Positions 10,444-18,626 of a stretch of DNA of 64,000 nt are shown piece by piece. The stretch covers positions 680-64,679 of the forward strand of contig JAIKYB010000074.1 of the NCBI GenBank assembly GCA_024683675.1, read 5' to 3'. The stretch comes from Treponema sp. Lineage in GTDB: Bacteria; Spirochaetota; Spirochaetia; Treponematales; Treponemataceae. Under the pieces are notes generated by a model. That model was not told where the DNA came from. It searched no databases and saw only the letters and a program-made list of their open reading frames with translations. The first letter of the stretch is position 1; every line of letters starts with the position of its first letter. The translations under genes and the position numbers were made by a program.

Positions 10444-10833
10444 TTACATTGCATCGTTAAACATGTTGCCGATTGCCTTACGAATTCTCAATTTAAGGTT
10501 TACAATTTCTTCAGATGGGAATTGTTTTACTACCTGATTTGTAGATGAATCAACAACAGAAACAACTACCATATCAAGTTCTTTGTTCACATTGAACTGA
10601 AGCTTGTTACCTGCCACCATTTGTGACATTTTTTGTAATTCCTGAGAATCGGCCTTTACTTCGGCTAAAGTCTGTTCAAGATTTTGTGCTACTTGGGCTC
10701 CTGTGGGTGTTATGGATTTTTGCACTACAGCAGAGTTTTGTACAGCTGCCGCAGAACTTCTTAAGTTTTGTGATTTATAAAGAGTCTGGCCATCCATTGC
10801 CACATGAACCATAGAATTGCTGATTGTATTCAT
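10444..10833 (-). CDS. flaG: Flagellar protein FlaG
   Basis: LQFNVN...VVSVVD..TNQVVKQFPSEE; lies between flagellin and fliD. Confidence 0.9.
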   Translation of the reverse strand: MNTISNSMVHVAMDGQTLYKSQNLRSSAAAVQNSAVVQKSITPTGAQVAQNLEQTLAEVKADSQELQKMSQMVAGNKLQFNVNKELDMVVVSVVDSSTNQVVKQFPSEEIVNLKLRIRKAIGNMFNDAM

Positions 10834-10856
10834 AGTTCTCCTCCTTGAAAAACTAT
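10832..10856 (-). promoter_or_regulatory. Putative CsrA-binding hairpin over the flaG RBS
   Basis: AUAGUUUUUC-AAGGA-GGAGAACUAU stem with GGA in the loop, covering the SD and start codon. Confidence 0.6.
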
Positions 10857-10882
10857 AGGTATACAGCCTATAGAAACGTCCT

Positions 10883-10940
10883 AAAAAAAACGCGCAAAGT
10901 GAAAAGGGGAGGAAGGGGGGCGCACCCCTTCCTGCTTTTC
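10883..10940 (-). terminator. GC-rich stem-loop/terminator between flaB and flaG
   Basis: AGGAAGGGG/CCCCTTCCT stem with outer GAAAAG/CTTTTC pairing, U8 run downstream. Confidence 0.6.
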
Positions 10941-10990
10941 AAGAATAATTAAAAAGATGACATCCAGAAATCTCTTTAATTATCAATTTG

Positions 10991-11839
10991 CTATTGCAAA
11001 AGTGCAAGTACAGTCTGTGACTGTGAGTTTGCCTGAGCAAGCATTGCTGTACCAGCTTGTGTGAGAATCTGGTTCTTTGTGAAATCAACCATCTGTGAAG
11101 CCATGTCTGTATCACGGATACGGCTTTCAGCAGCCTGAGTGTTTTCAGCAGCAATATTAATGCCCTTTGCAGCAATTTCGAATCTGTTCTGATAAGCACC
11201 AAGATCAGCTCTCTGCTTTGTTACGTTCAGTAATGCCTGATCGATTGTAGCAAGAGTTGCGTTTGCTTCATCAGGAGATGAAATTGTAATCTGTTCATCG
11301 CCACCCTGAGCGCCCTTGAGTCCAAGAGCTGTTGCAGTCATTGTACCGATGAATACACGAGTGTTCTGGTCAACATTTGCACCTACCTGGAACTGCATAA
11401 TCTGTTCAGATTCAGCTCCAAAGCGTCCTGTCAACATATTCATTCCGTTGAACTGTGCTGTGCTTGCAATGCGGTCTACTTCAGCTACGAGCTGAGATAC
11501 TTCAACCTGAATCTGCATACGATCTTCATCGCTGTAGATTCCATTTGCAGACTGAACAGCAAGCTCACGAACACGCTGAAGAATGTCAGTTGTTTCGCTC
11601 AGATAACCTTCAGTTGTCTGAATGAAAGATACTCCATTCTGAATGTTCTTAGATGCCTGGTTCAAGCCACGAATTTGGCTGCGCATCTTCTCTGATACAG
11701 CAAGTCCTGATGCATCGTCTCCGGCGCGGTTGATGCGTTCACCAGAAGAAAGTTTCTCCATGTTTTTCATGATGTTGTCATTAGAAATGTTCAACACACG
11801 ATCAGCATAGAGCGAACTCATATTGTGATTAATAATCAT
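10991..11839 (-). CDS. flaB: Flagellar filament core protein (FlaB3-like by position)
   Basis: MIINHNMS...[30 protein letters not shown]; ESRIRDTD; MLAQAN. Confidence 0.97.
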   Translation of the reverse strand: MIINHNMSSLYADRVLNISNDNIMKNMEKLSSGERINRAGDDASGLAVSEKMRSQIRGLNQASKNIQNGVSFIQTTEGYLSETTDILQRVRELAVQSANGIYSDEDRMQIQVEVSQLVAEVDRIASTAQFNGMNMLTGRFGAESEQIMQFQVGANVDQNTRVFIGTMTATALGLKGAQGGDEQITISSPDEANATLATIDQALLNVTKQRADLGAYQNRFEIAAKGINIAAENTQAAESRIRDTDMASQMVDFTKNQILTQAGTAMLAQANSQSQTVLALLQ

Positions 11840-12019
11840 ATTTTGTGCCCTCCATGTTTACTTAGCAAAACAGAACATCATGTTCTGTCCCTGCTGGTGA
11901 AGGCTAAATCAGCTCTGCGCCCCTGATTCAGTTTCAGACCATTCAGCAGGAGTAATAAGTTTAAATAACATTTAGACCTATTACTTCTGCTGTCACCGCA
12001 AGCCATGGTTTGCACTATA

Positions 12020-12053
12020 TTTCAAAGAACTATATGCCTCTGAAAAAGCATAT
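12020..12053 (-). promoter_or_regulatory. boxB-like hairpin plus boxA-like antitermination site
   Basis: AUAUGC..GCAUAU hairpin immediately followed by AGUUCUUUGAAA. Confidence 0.5.
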
Positions 12054-12120
12054 TTATTTGCTACATTATTTTACGATGTTTTGGAAAAAAATACCAGAGT
12101 AGGGCTAGGAAAACACCGCA

Positions 12121-12165
12121 TTAATTTTAGTCTGACTTACAAAAAGCTCATCAGACTAAAATTAA
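12121..12165. repeat. Perfect 15-bp inverted repeat with 15-nt loop
   Basis: TTAATTTTAGTCTGA (12121-12135) / TCAGACTAAAATTAA (12151-12165). Confidence 0.85.
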
Positions 12166-12175
12166 TTATATCTCA

Positions 12176-12230
12176 CTATCTGAGTAAAGACAAGACATTC
12201 TGTGAGCAGGCCCTTAGCCTGAGCCAGCAT
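12176..12230 (-). repeat. Recoded duplicate of the flagellin 3' end (MLAQA...SQNVLSLLR*)
   Basis: 41 of 54 nt identical to 12277-12330 plus a 1-nt insertion; 10 of 13 substitutions are synonymous. Confidence 0.85.
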
Positions 12231-12276
12231 TAGTCGCAGCAAGCTGCTAAACAATGCTGGAATCACATATTCTTGA

Positions 12277-13137
12277 CTATCTCAACAGACTAAGAACATT
12301 CTGTGACTGGCTATTAGCCTGTGCCAGCATTGCAGTGCCTGCCTGCTGGAGTACAGAATTCTTTGTGAACTCTACCATCTGGCTTGCCATATCAGTATCA
12401 CGGATTCGTGATTCAGAAGCCTGCATGTTTTCAGATGCAACATTCAAGCCCTTTACTGTAAGTTCAAGACGGTTCTGGTAAGCACCAAGGTCAGCTCTCT
12501 GTTTGTTGATCTTTTTGAGTGCTTCATCGATAGTTCCGATTGCGCGGTTGGCTTCTTCCGGTGTGGCAAGTGACAATTTCTCTGCTGTACCAAGATCGCG
12601 AACACCAAGTGCTGCTGCAGACATTGTACCAATGAAAACCTGTACTCTCTGATCCATATTAGCTCCGATGTGGAACCACATTGAACCTGTTACAGCATTT
12701 TCTCCAGCTGTCTGTGCGAAACGGCCAGTGAGCATGTTCATTCCGTTGAATTGAGCGGAACTAGCAATTCTATCAACTTCAGATACAAGAGCTGAAATTT
12801 CAACCTGAATCTGCATACGATCTTCAGAAGAGTAGATGCCGTTCGAAGCCTGAACTGCAAGCTCTCTGATACGCTGCATAATATCTGTTGTTTCCTGCAG
12901 ATAACCTTCTGTTGTCTGAATGAAACTGATACCGTTCTGAGCGTTCTGTGAAGCTCTGTTCAAACCGCGGATCTGGCTGCGCATCTTTTCAGATACTGCA
13001 AGTCCTGAAGCATCATCGCCTGCGCGATTGATTCTTTCACCTGATGACAGTTTCTCCATGTCTTTGTTAAGACTGAGACCTGTTACTCCGAGCTGACGAT
13101 TGGCAAAGATTGCCGACATGTTGTGGTTGATAACCAT
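12277..13137 (-). CDS. flaB: Flagellar filament core protein (FlaB1-like by position)
   Basis: 286 aa; [29 protein letters not shown], typical of treponemal FlaB. Confidence 0.97.
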   Translation of the reverse strand: MVINHNMSAIFANRQLGVTGLSLNKDMEKLSSGERINRAGDDASGLAVSEKMRSQIRGLNRASQNAQNGISFIQTTEGYLQETTDIMQRIRELAVQASNGIYSSEDRMQIQVEISALVSEVDRIASSAQFNGMNMLTGRFAQTAGENAVTGSMWFHIGANMDQRVQVFIGTMSAAALGVRDLGTAEKLSLATPEEANRAIGTIDEALKKINKQRADLGAYQNRLELTVKGLNVASENMQASESRIRDTDMASQMVEFTKNSVLQQAGTAMLAQANSQSQNVLSLLR

Positions 13138-13140
13138 AGT

Positions 13141-13181
13141 ATTCCTCCTTGGAATGTTATACAGAAGAATCCTTTCTTCTG
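13141..13181 (-). promoter_or_regulatory. Two CsrA-binding hairpins in the flaB leader
   Basis: CAGAAGAA-AGGA-UUCUUCUG (13162-13181) and AUUCC-AAGGA-GGAAU over the SD (13141-13155). Confidence 0.75.
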
Positions 13182-13306
13182 CTTAAAAAAGACGCAAAAA
13201 TGCGTAAATGTTGTTTACAAGGCTACATCTACACATTTTTGCCAGAATGAAACGGTCTGTTATATTCATTTAAAATATAGCTAGGGCCATAACATTTCTG
13301 TATTGA

Positions 13307-13335
13307 TTATCGGAGGGATACCGGTAAGAACTTTA
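13307..13335 (-). promoter_or_regulatory. sigma-28 promoter of flaB
   Basis: TAAA-17 nt-TCCGATAA; spacer longer than the canonical 15 nt. Confidence 0.7.
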
Positions 13336-13364
13336 GTGTTTTTTTTAAATTTTTTTGATTTTTT

Positions 13365-14015
13365 TTAGTTATTTATAATTCTCTTTAATGCTCTTACTGC
13401 TTTGCCTCTATGAGAGATTTCATTTTTTTCATCAGCACTTAGCTGGGCAACAGTTTTTCCAAATTCAGGCAAAAAAACTATAGGATCATAACCAAAACCG
13501 CCATTTCCGGCCTGCTGATTTATATCTTCTATAAGAGTTCCTTCAAAGGTTTCCTGGGCAACATAAAGTCTGTCTGGACCGCAATACATAACCATTGCAC
13601 AGGTATAATGACAGGAGCGGGGCCCATTAAGATACTCAGCCTTTGGTAGATTTCCTTTTTTTATAGCATCATTTAACTGATTAATGAGGAAAATATTCTG
13701 TTCTTCCTGAGAAATCTTACTGCCGTCTGGCTTTCCCTGCATAAATTCAGGACCAGCATATCTTGATGAATAAATGCCTGGAGCTCCTCCCAGAGCATCT
13801 ACACAAATACCTGAATCGTCTGCGATAACGGGACAGCCTACAATTTCATAAAGAGAGCGGGCTTTAATTAAGCTGTTTTCATAAAATGTTATTCCAGTTT
13901 CATCAGGATTAAAATCAATACCTTCATCAGAAGGAATAAGAATTGTATGCTCACTTAAAAGCTCGCACATTTCCTTTTTTTTATTTTTGTTTCCAGTAGC
14001 TAAATAAATTTTCAT
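13365..14015 (-). CDS. rdgB: Non-canonical purine NTP pyrophosphatase (RdgB/HAM1)
   Basis: ATGNKNK, ADDSG, PGIYSSRY, GFGYDP, KNEISHRGKA; start moved to MKIYLAT at 14015. Confidence 0.93.
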   Translation of the reverse strand: MKIYLATGNKNKKKEMCELLSEHTILIPSDEGIDFNPDETGITFYENSLIKARSLYEIVGCPVIADDSGICVDALGGAPGIYSSRYAGPEFMQGKPDGSKISQEEQNIFLINQLNDAIKKGNLPKAEYLNGPRSCHYTCAMVMYCGPDRLYVAQETFEGTLIEDINQQAGNGGFGYDPIVFLPEFGKTVAQLSADEKNEISHRGKAVRALKRIINN

Positions 14016-14059
14016 AAAAAAAATATATCGCAAAACTGGAAACATAACAATCCAAGGCC

Positions 14060-14971
14060 TTATTCAACTTCGTCTTTACAGCGGGATAAATAATAGGCTA
14101 TCCGTCTTTCGCAAATTCCTAAATAATCACCAATCATTTTATTTGTAGGACGAATTAAAATGCAGCCTTTAGTAAGTCTTCTATTAAGATTTTGCCAGCT
14201 TCTATAATGTTTATTAAATATATGCTCCATAGTTTCCAGCAAATCAATATTATCATAGTGTTTTTCTGACTCTTTAATCAGTTCAAGTCTTTTTTCGTAA
14301 TTTTTTTGATGAAAATAAGCACAGTTTCTTCTTTCCTGCAGCTTCATTTTACGATCCGCCTTTTCCTGAAGCTGGTCTCTGAAAAATTGTATAATCTGTT
14401 GAAAGTGATTTTCATTGATCTTATAGATTTTACTTACTGCTGAAATTTGTTTATCAGTCAGATAAAAGGAAGTTTTAATTGCCAGTATCAAAAGTTTTTT
14501 ATTCTTATTTTCGTGGGCAGCCTTTGTGAGTGTTTGTCTTACCAATTCTGGGGAAATAGGCTTATAAACATAAGGTCTTTTAGGACTGTCTGGGGGAAGG
14601 GGCGTCAATGTATAACTTGCATAAGAGATTTGTTTTTCAGACAGATAAAGAGGGCCTGCCTGCATTATAAAGGATTCTTTTACTTTTTTATGAGCTCTGA
14701 CTCTAAGCTTTCTTAATTTCTGACTTTCAACAACCATATACAGATAATTAAAGAAATCTCCCAATTCAGGCCTGTAAGAATCTAGAATTTTGTCTCCTCT
14801 TTCTAAGAGTGTAAGGATTAAATCGGATCTGAAATCTTCATCATATTCATTTAATCCAAAGATTTTGTAATTTTCACTGACAAAGGTCAGGCATGAATCT
14901 ATGGCTTCCTTACGGCTAATTTCTCCTGCCATAAGTTTCTCCATAATCCCGTTTACATTAAATGTAACCAT
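14060..14971 (-). CDS. Putative divergent sigma-70-family factor / HTH DNA-binding protein
   Basis: Region-2-like KILDSYRPELGDFFNYLYMVVESQKLRKLR; region-4-like PTNKMIGDYLGICERRIAYYLSR; SD AAGGAG. Confidence 0.55.
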   Translation of the reverse strand: MVTFNVNGIMEKLMAGEISRKEAIDSCLTFVSENYKIFGLNEYDEDFRSDLILTLLERGDKILDSYRPELGDFFNYLYMVVESQKLRKLRVRAHKKVKESFIMQAGPLYLSEKQISYASYTLTPLPPDSPKRPYVYKPISPELVRQTLTKAAHENKNKKLLILAIKTSFYLTDKQISAVSKIYKINENHFQQIIQFFRDQLQEKADRKMKLQERRNCAYFHQKNYEKRLELIKESEKHYDNIDLLETMEHIFNKHYRSWQNLNRRLTKGCILIRPTNKMIGDYLGICERRIAYYLSRCKDEVE

Positions 14972-15025
14972 TTTTTTCTCCTTCTAAACTTATTAAAATT
15001 GCTTTTTAAGCTCTGTAGATTTATT

Positions 15026-15042
15026 AGCAATTTATGTGCCAA
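15026..15042 (-). promoter_or_regulatory. sigma-54 (-24/-12) promoter
   Basis: TTGGCAC-ATAAA-TTGCT matches TGGCAC-N5-TTGCW. Confidence 0.8.
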
Positions 15043-15088
15043 CATTTTATAAATGTAAAAAAACTTTTAGAAAAACTATTTAGAAGTA

Positions 15089-15118
15089 TTGACAGATTAG
15101 GGCTAAAAATGATAACAT
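15089..15118 (+). promoter_or_regulatory. sigma-70 promoter of the tRNA
   Basis: TTGACA-18 nt-TAACAT with a TG extension. Confidence 0.55.
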
Positions 15119-15130
15119 CATTTCACATAC

Positions 15131-15203
15131 GGCGACCTAGCTCAGTTGGTAGAGCACACGGCTCATATCCGTGATGTCAATGGTTCAATCCCATTGGTCG
15201 CTA
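15131..15203 (+). tRNA. tRNA-Met(CAT), elongator type, CCA not encoded
   Basis: Cloverleaf: GGCGACC/GGTCGCT acceptor, GCTC/GAGC D arm, CACGG-CTCATAT-CCGTG anticodon arm, AATGG-TTCAATC-CCATT T arm. Confidence 0.93.
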
Positions 15204-15208
15204 TACTT

Positions 15209-15246
15209 AAAGAACTTCCATTTTGTATGGGAGTTCTTTTTTTTTT
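15209..15246 (+). terminator. Intrinsic terminator after the tRNA
   Basis: AGAACTTCCA/TGGGAGTTCT stem followed by a long T run. Confidence 0.85.
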
Positions 15247-15279
15247 ATCGGAAGGGCTTTTTTTTTTACATTTATGAAT

Positions 15280-15309
15280 AAAAAAGAACCCGATTTTGTG
15301 TCGGGTTCT
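15280..15309 (-). terminator. Intrinsic terminator of the 15389-16222 lipoprotein gene
   Basis: AGAACCCGA/TCGGGTTCT stem, U run on the minus strand. Confidence 0.75.
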
Positions 15310-15388
15310 ATCTTTATCTAGGCTGATAATGATTTATTAAATACTTATTAAAAAAATAAATAATTAATTTTTTAATAAATAAGGATTA

Positions 15389-16222
15389 TTAGTATTCGTC
15401 TGCTTCTTCCGGTTTAAAAGGTTTTGTGAAACCAAGATATTCCTGAAGCTTTTCATCAGAAAGCATATTTACAAGTTCTTTTGCCTGTGCTTTTGTAAAA
15501 TAGTATTTAAGATTCATAGATTCTCTTGTTGTTGATTCTCCGGCAACATCGTAGTAATCATTCTTTACAGGGAAGGCTGAAATTGTAAAATAAGGTGATT
15601 GATTTTCAAAGCCATATCCAAAATAAACAGGCCCTTTACCATTATTTGGGGTACTGCTCTTAAGGGCTCCCCAATGCAATTTGGCGTTTACAGAACCATA
15701 CTGTTTATAAAGATTTTTTCCTTTTCTCTGAAGTCTTTTATTTTCAAAATCTGAAAGATAATTTTCTACTGCTTTTGCAAGTTTTTTTCTGCCGTTTTCA
15801 TCAAACTGAACTATATAATAAGCTGCAAGATAAGGACTTCCAAAGCCTGCAGTTCCATCTTCTGTGTTTAAAGCAATAATTGCTTCTTTCTGAACAGGTT
15901 TACCTGAAATTCCTGTTGTAAATACAGATGATGTATCACAAATCATCAGTTCATTTTTATTTCCAAGAGTAAAGAAATCCTGGAAGGCATTTGTTTTTTT
16001 CTTTGCACTTTTTATGGATTCTTCTGCTGTCATAGAAATTTCTTCATCTGCAGGTCTTACAATTTCAGGAAGCTCTATTTCTTCTTTTTCTGTGTCTTCA
16101 GATTCAGAATATGAATCAGCTGAAATAGTATTTTCATTATTTTTTGTAGTCTGACAAGATGTTAAAAAAGGAAAAATTAATAATGTGCAGATTATTGTTT
16201 TTGTAAAAGTTGAAAGTTTCAT
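15389..16222 (-). CDS. Putative lipoprotein
   Basis: MKLSTFTKTIICTLLIFPFLTSC lipobox followed by an acidic linker. Confidence 0.8.
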   Translation of the reverse strand: MKLSTFTKTIICTLLIFPFLTSCQTTKNNENTISADSYSESEDTEKEEIELPEIVRPADEEISMTAEESIKSAKKKTNAFQDFFTLGNKNELMICDTSSVFTTGISGKPVQKEAIIALNTEDGTAGFGSPYLAAYYIVQFDENGRKKLAKAVENYLSDFENKRLQRKGKNLYKQYGSVNAKLHWGALKSSTPNNGKGPVYFGYGFENQSPYFTISAFPVKNDYYDVAGESTTRESMNLKYYFTKAQAKELVNMLSDEKLQEYLGFTKPFKPEEADEY

Positions 16223-16369
16223 TTTTACCCCTCATATTGTTATAACTATATAATAGCTTAAAGTGGCATTTTGTTACATATATTATAAAAAAATTTCTAG
16301 TTGTTAAATTTTTATAAAGGGGGTATAATTTTTTAAGTTCTCTTGTTTAAGAGGGCCAAGGAGTATCAT

Positions 16370-16828
16370 ATGAAAAAGCTCGTTCTTTTATTTGCTTTAG
16401 CTTCAATATTTACTTTTACTATGTTTGCTCAGGAAGAATCTGAATCACAATCAGGCTCGAATATTTCTATAGAAAGGCATGAAGAAAAATGGACTTCTTT
16501 GTCCTATGTAAATGTGCCTGTACTTAAGATTCTTGAAGATAGAGATGCTTATGTAATCGTTTATCAGAAGAATAAAATTGGAACCGGAACAACTGTAATT
16601 CCTAAAAACTGGGCTCATGGTAATAAAGAAAACCCTGCAAAGCTTAAGCTTAGAACTACAAAACTGGTAAATGGAACCTTTATGACAATTGTAAAGGATA
16701 ATGGAGAATTCCTTAAGGTTATTCTTACTGCTCCACTTGCTAAGAACAATTCAATTTGGGGTGTTGTTGCAAGAGGAAAAGAAATTGAAGGAAAAGATAA
16801 GGATACTCTTGAAGAAATAGAACTCTAA
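16370..16828 (+). CDS. Exported hypothetical protein
   Basis: SD AAGGAG; MKKLVLLFALASIFTFTMFA-QE signal peptide; start revised to 16370. Confidence 0.8.
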   Translation: MKKLVLLFALASIFTFTMFAQEESESQSGSNISIERHEEKWTSLSYVNVPVLKILEDRDAYVIVYQKNKIGTGTTVIPKNWAHGNKENPAKLKLRTTKLVNGTFMTIVKDNGEFLKVILTAPLAKNNSIWGVVARGKEIEGKDKDTLEEIEL

Positions 16829-16850
16829 TTTTAGGCCAACTAAGATTTAA

Positions 16851-16885
16851 GGGCTGCCTAAAAATAATGGCAGCCCATTTTTTTT
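16851..16885 (+). terminator. Intrinsic terminator
   Basis: GGGCTGCC/GGCAGCCC stem followed by T8. Confidence 0.8.
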
Positions 16886-16889
16886 GCTT

Positions 16890-17873
16890 ATGAAAATTAC
16901 TACAGAATCAGTTAATGAATTTAAAGCTTTTATTGAAGCGCACAATTTCTTTTTTATCTCAGGACATAAAGAACCAGATGGGGATGCGATAGCTTCCTGT
17001 TTGGGAATTGCAGATATATTGGATACTTTTAAAAAGCCATATCAGTTGCTTTCCGTAGGGCCTTTTAAAAGAAATGAAATTCTACCTTACAAAGAACTTT
17101 TTTCGGATACTATGGAATTTATGGACGATTCAGAACGTAAAAAAGCTGGATTAATAATAGTAGATTGTTCTGAAATAGCTCGTTTAGGTGATATAGATGG
17201 AGATTTGAAAGGTCTTGATACCTTTGTAATAGACCATCATAAAACTTCCGGTCTTACTGAAAATATGAAGGGCTATATTGATGGTAATGCACCGGCCTGT
17301 ACTTATCTTATACAGCAGTTCTATGAAGAAATCATTGGTCCTATTCCAAAGAAGACTGCCGAAATTCTATTTCTGGGCTTTTGTACAGATACTGGCTTCT
17401 TCCGTTTTCTTAGTCTGGATTCTGCTCCTGTTTTTGAAGCAGTTTCACGTTTAGTTTCTTACGGAGCTGATCCAAGGGAAACTTACAGGAAAATAACTTC
17501 TGGAAAACCATATTCAACAAGAAAGCTTTTAGGGGTGCTGCTTTCAAAAGCTGAAACTTACTTAGATGGCAGGCTTGTTGTAACTTATGAATCTCTTGAT
17601 GATACTAAAAAATATGGTGGAGAAGGAAGAGACTCTGATGCACTTTACCAGAATCTTTTAGCGGTCAGGGGAGTTGAAGCTGTGGTTTTTCTTCGTCAGG
17701 ATACACCAACTACATGCACAGGTGGTTTCCGCTCTCAGGATGCAGTTGATGTTTCTCTTGTTGCGGCTAAATTCGGAGGTGGCGGACACAAGAATGCTTC
17801 TGGAATGAGCTGTAACGGAAGAGTAGAGACCTTAATTCCTCAGATTGTAAAAGAATTTGCAAGAATAATGTAA
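16890..17873 (+). CDS. nrnA: DHH/DHHA1 phosphoesterase (NrnA / c-di-AMP phosphodiesterase family)
   Basis: GHKEPDGD, IVDCS, IDHH, DTG.FRF, FGGGGHKNASG. Confidence 0.88.
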   Translation: MKITTESVNEFKAFIEAHNFFFISGHKEPDGDAIASCLGIADILDTFKKPYQLLSVGPFKRNEILPYKELFSDTMEFMDDSERKKAGLIIVDCSEIARLGDIDGDLKGLDTFVIDHHKTSGLTENMKGYIDGNAPACTYLIQQFYEEIIGPIPKKTAEILFLGFCTDTGFFRFLSLDSAPVFEAVSRLVSYGADPRETYRKITSGKPYSTRKLLGVLLSKAETYLDGRLVVTYESLDDTKKYGGEGRDSDALYQNLLAVRGVEAVVFLRQDTPTTCTGGFRSQDAVDVSLVAAKFGGGGHKNASGMSCNGRVETLIPQIVKEFARIM

Positions 17874-17879
17874 GTAGGG

Positions 17880-18626
17880 CTAACGGAGTTCGGCTCCCTT
17901 GATAAAAGTTTTTGCATATTCTACAAGTTCTTTTGCTTCCTGGTCAGTATATGGATAAATTTCATTGTAGGCTGGATCAAGGCAGCCTTTATTCATAAAT
18001 TGTGCAAATTGCCAGCTGGCATCGGCTGGAAGAACTTCTGCCATTTTTTCAATATCTTCCTTGGTGACAAGGCCCGGAACAAGAACCGTGCGCCATTCTC
18101 TGCAGTCTGACGGATATGTGGCAACAAGCTTTGCCGTATCTTCGACAAGTTTTTTCCAATGCTGATCATTGTCAACATATTTAGAAAAGACCGGGCATAG
18201 GCTTTTTGCATAGCGTTCAGGACTGGTCTTTAAGTCCATAGCAATAAAATCAGGTTTTAATTCTTCATTATCTATTAGAGACTGAAGCTTTACCGGTAAG
18301 GTGCCGTTTGTATCTAATTTTACTTTGTAATTCAGTTCTTTTGCTTTTTTTATGATGATTGGAGTGTAAGGATTTAAAAGTGCCTCTCCGCCGCTAATTA
18401 CGATTCCCTTTAGTATACCCTGTCTTTTTTCCATCAGGTCAAATAATTCCTGAACCGTGTTTAAGCCTTCAGTGCTTTTTCCGGTAACCAGGTCCACATT
18501 GTAGCAGTAGGGGCAGCGGAGATTACATCCTCTTAGAAAAAAAGAACCTGCGACCAGTCCCGGATAGTCAACACATGTTGTTTTTACCAGCACACCCGCA
18601 GGTTCGTTTAAGGGCAGATCAGCCAT
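17880..18626 (-). CDS. nrdG: Anaerobic RNR activating enzyme (radical SAM)
   Basis: DYPG, GCNLRCPYCYN, SGGE, KLDTNG; in the nrd locus. Confidence 0.92.
   Translation of the reverse strand: MADLPLNEPAGVLVKTTCVDYPGLVAGSFFLRGCNLRCPYCYNVDLVTGKSTEGLNTVQELFDLMEKRQGILKGIVISGGEALLNPYTPIIIKKAKELNYKVKLDTNGTLPVKLQSLIDNEELKPDFIAMDLKTSPERYAKSLCPVFSKYVDNDQHWKKLVEDTAKLVATYPSDCREWRTVLVPGLVTKEDIEKMAEVLPADASWQFAQFMNKGCLDPAYNEIYPYTDQEAKELVEYAKTFIKGAELR

Noticed and set aside
11955-12016. Resemblance to a c-di-GMP-I (GEMM) riboswitch: GCAAACC...GGTCTAA in the flaB leader
   Set aside because: No GNRA-capped P2 or intact tetraloop receptor is visible and the region folds better as one long hairpin; an Infernal search would settle it
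12162-12230. 22-aa ORF MLAQAKGLLTECLVFTQIVRYN starting at the duplicate's ATG
   Set aside because: No SD, the start is buried in a stem, and codon conservation follows the flagellin frame rather than this one
15131-16828. tRNA-Met as the integration site of an island
   Set aside because: No integrase and no repeat of the tRNA 3' end seen
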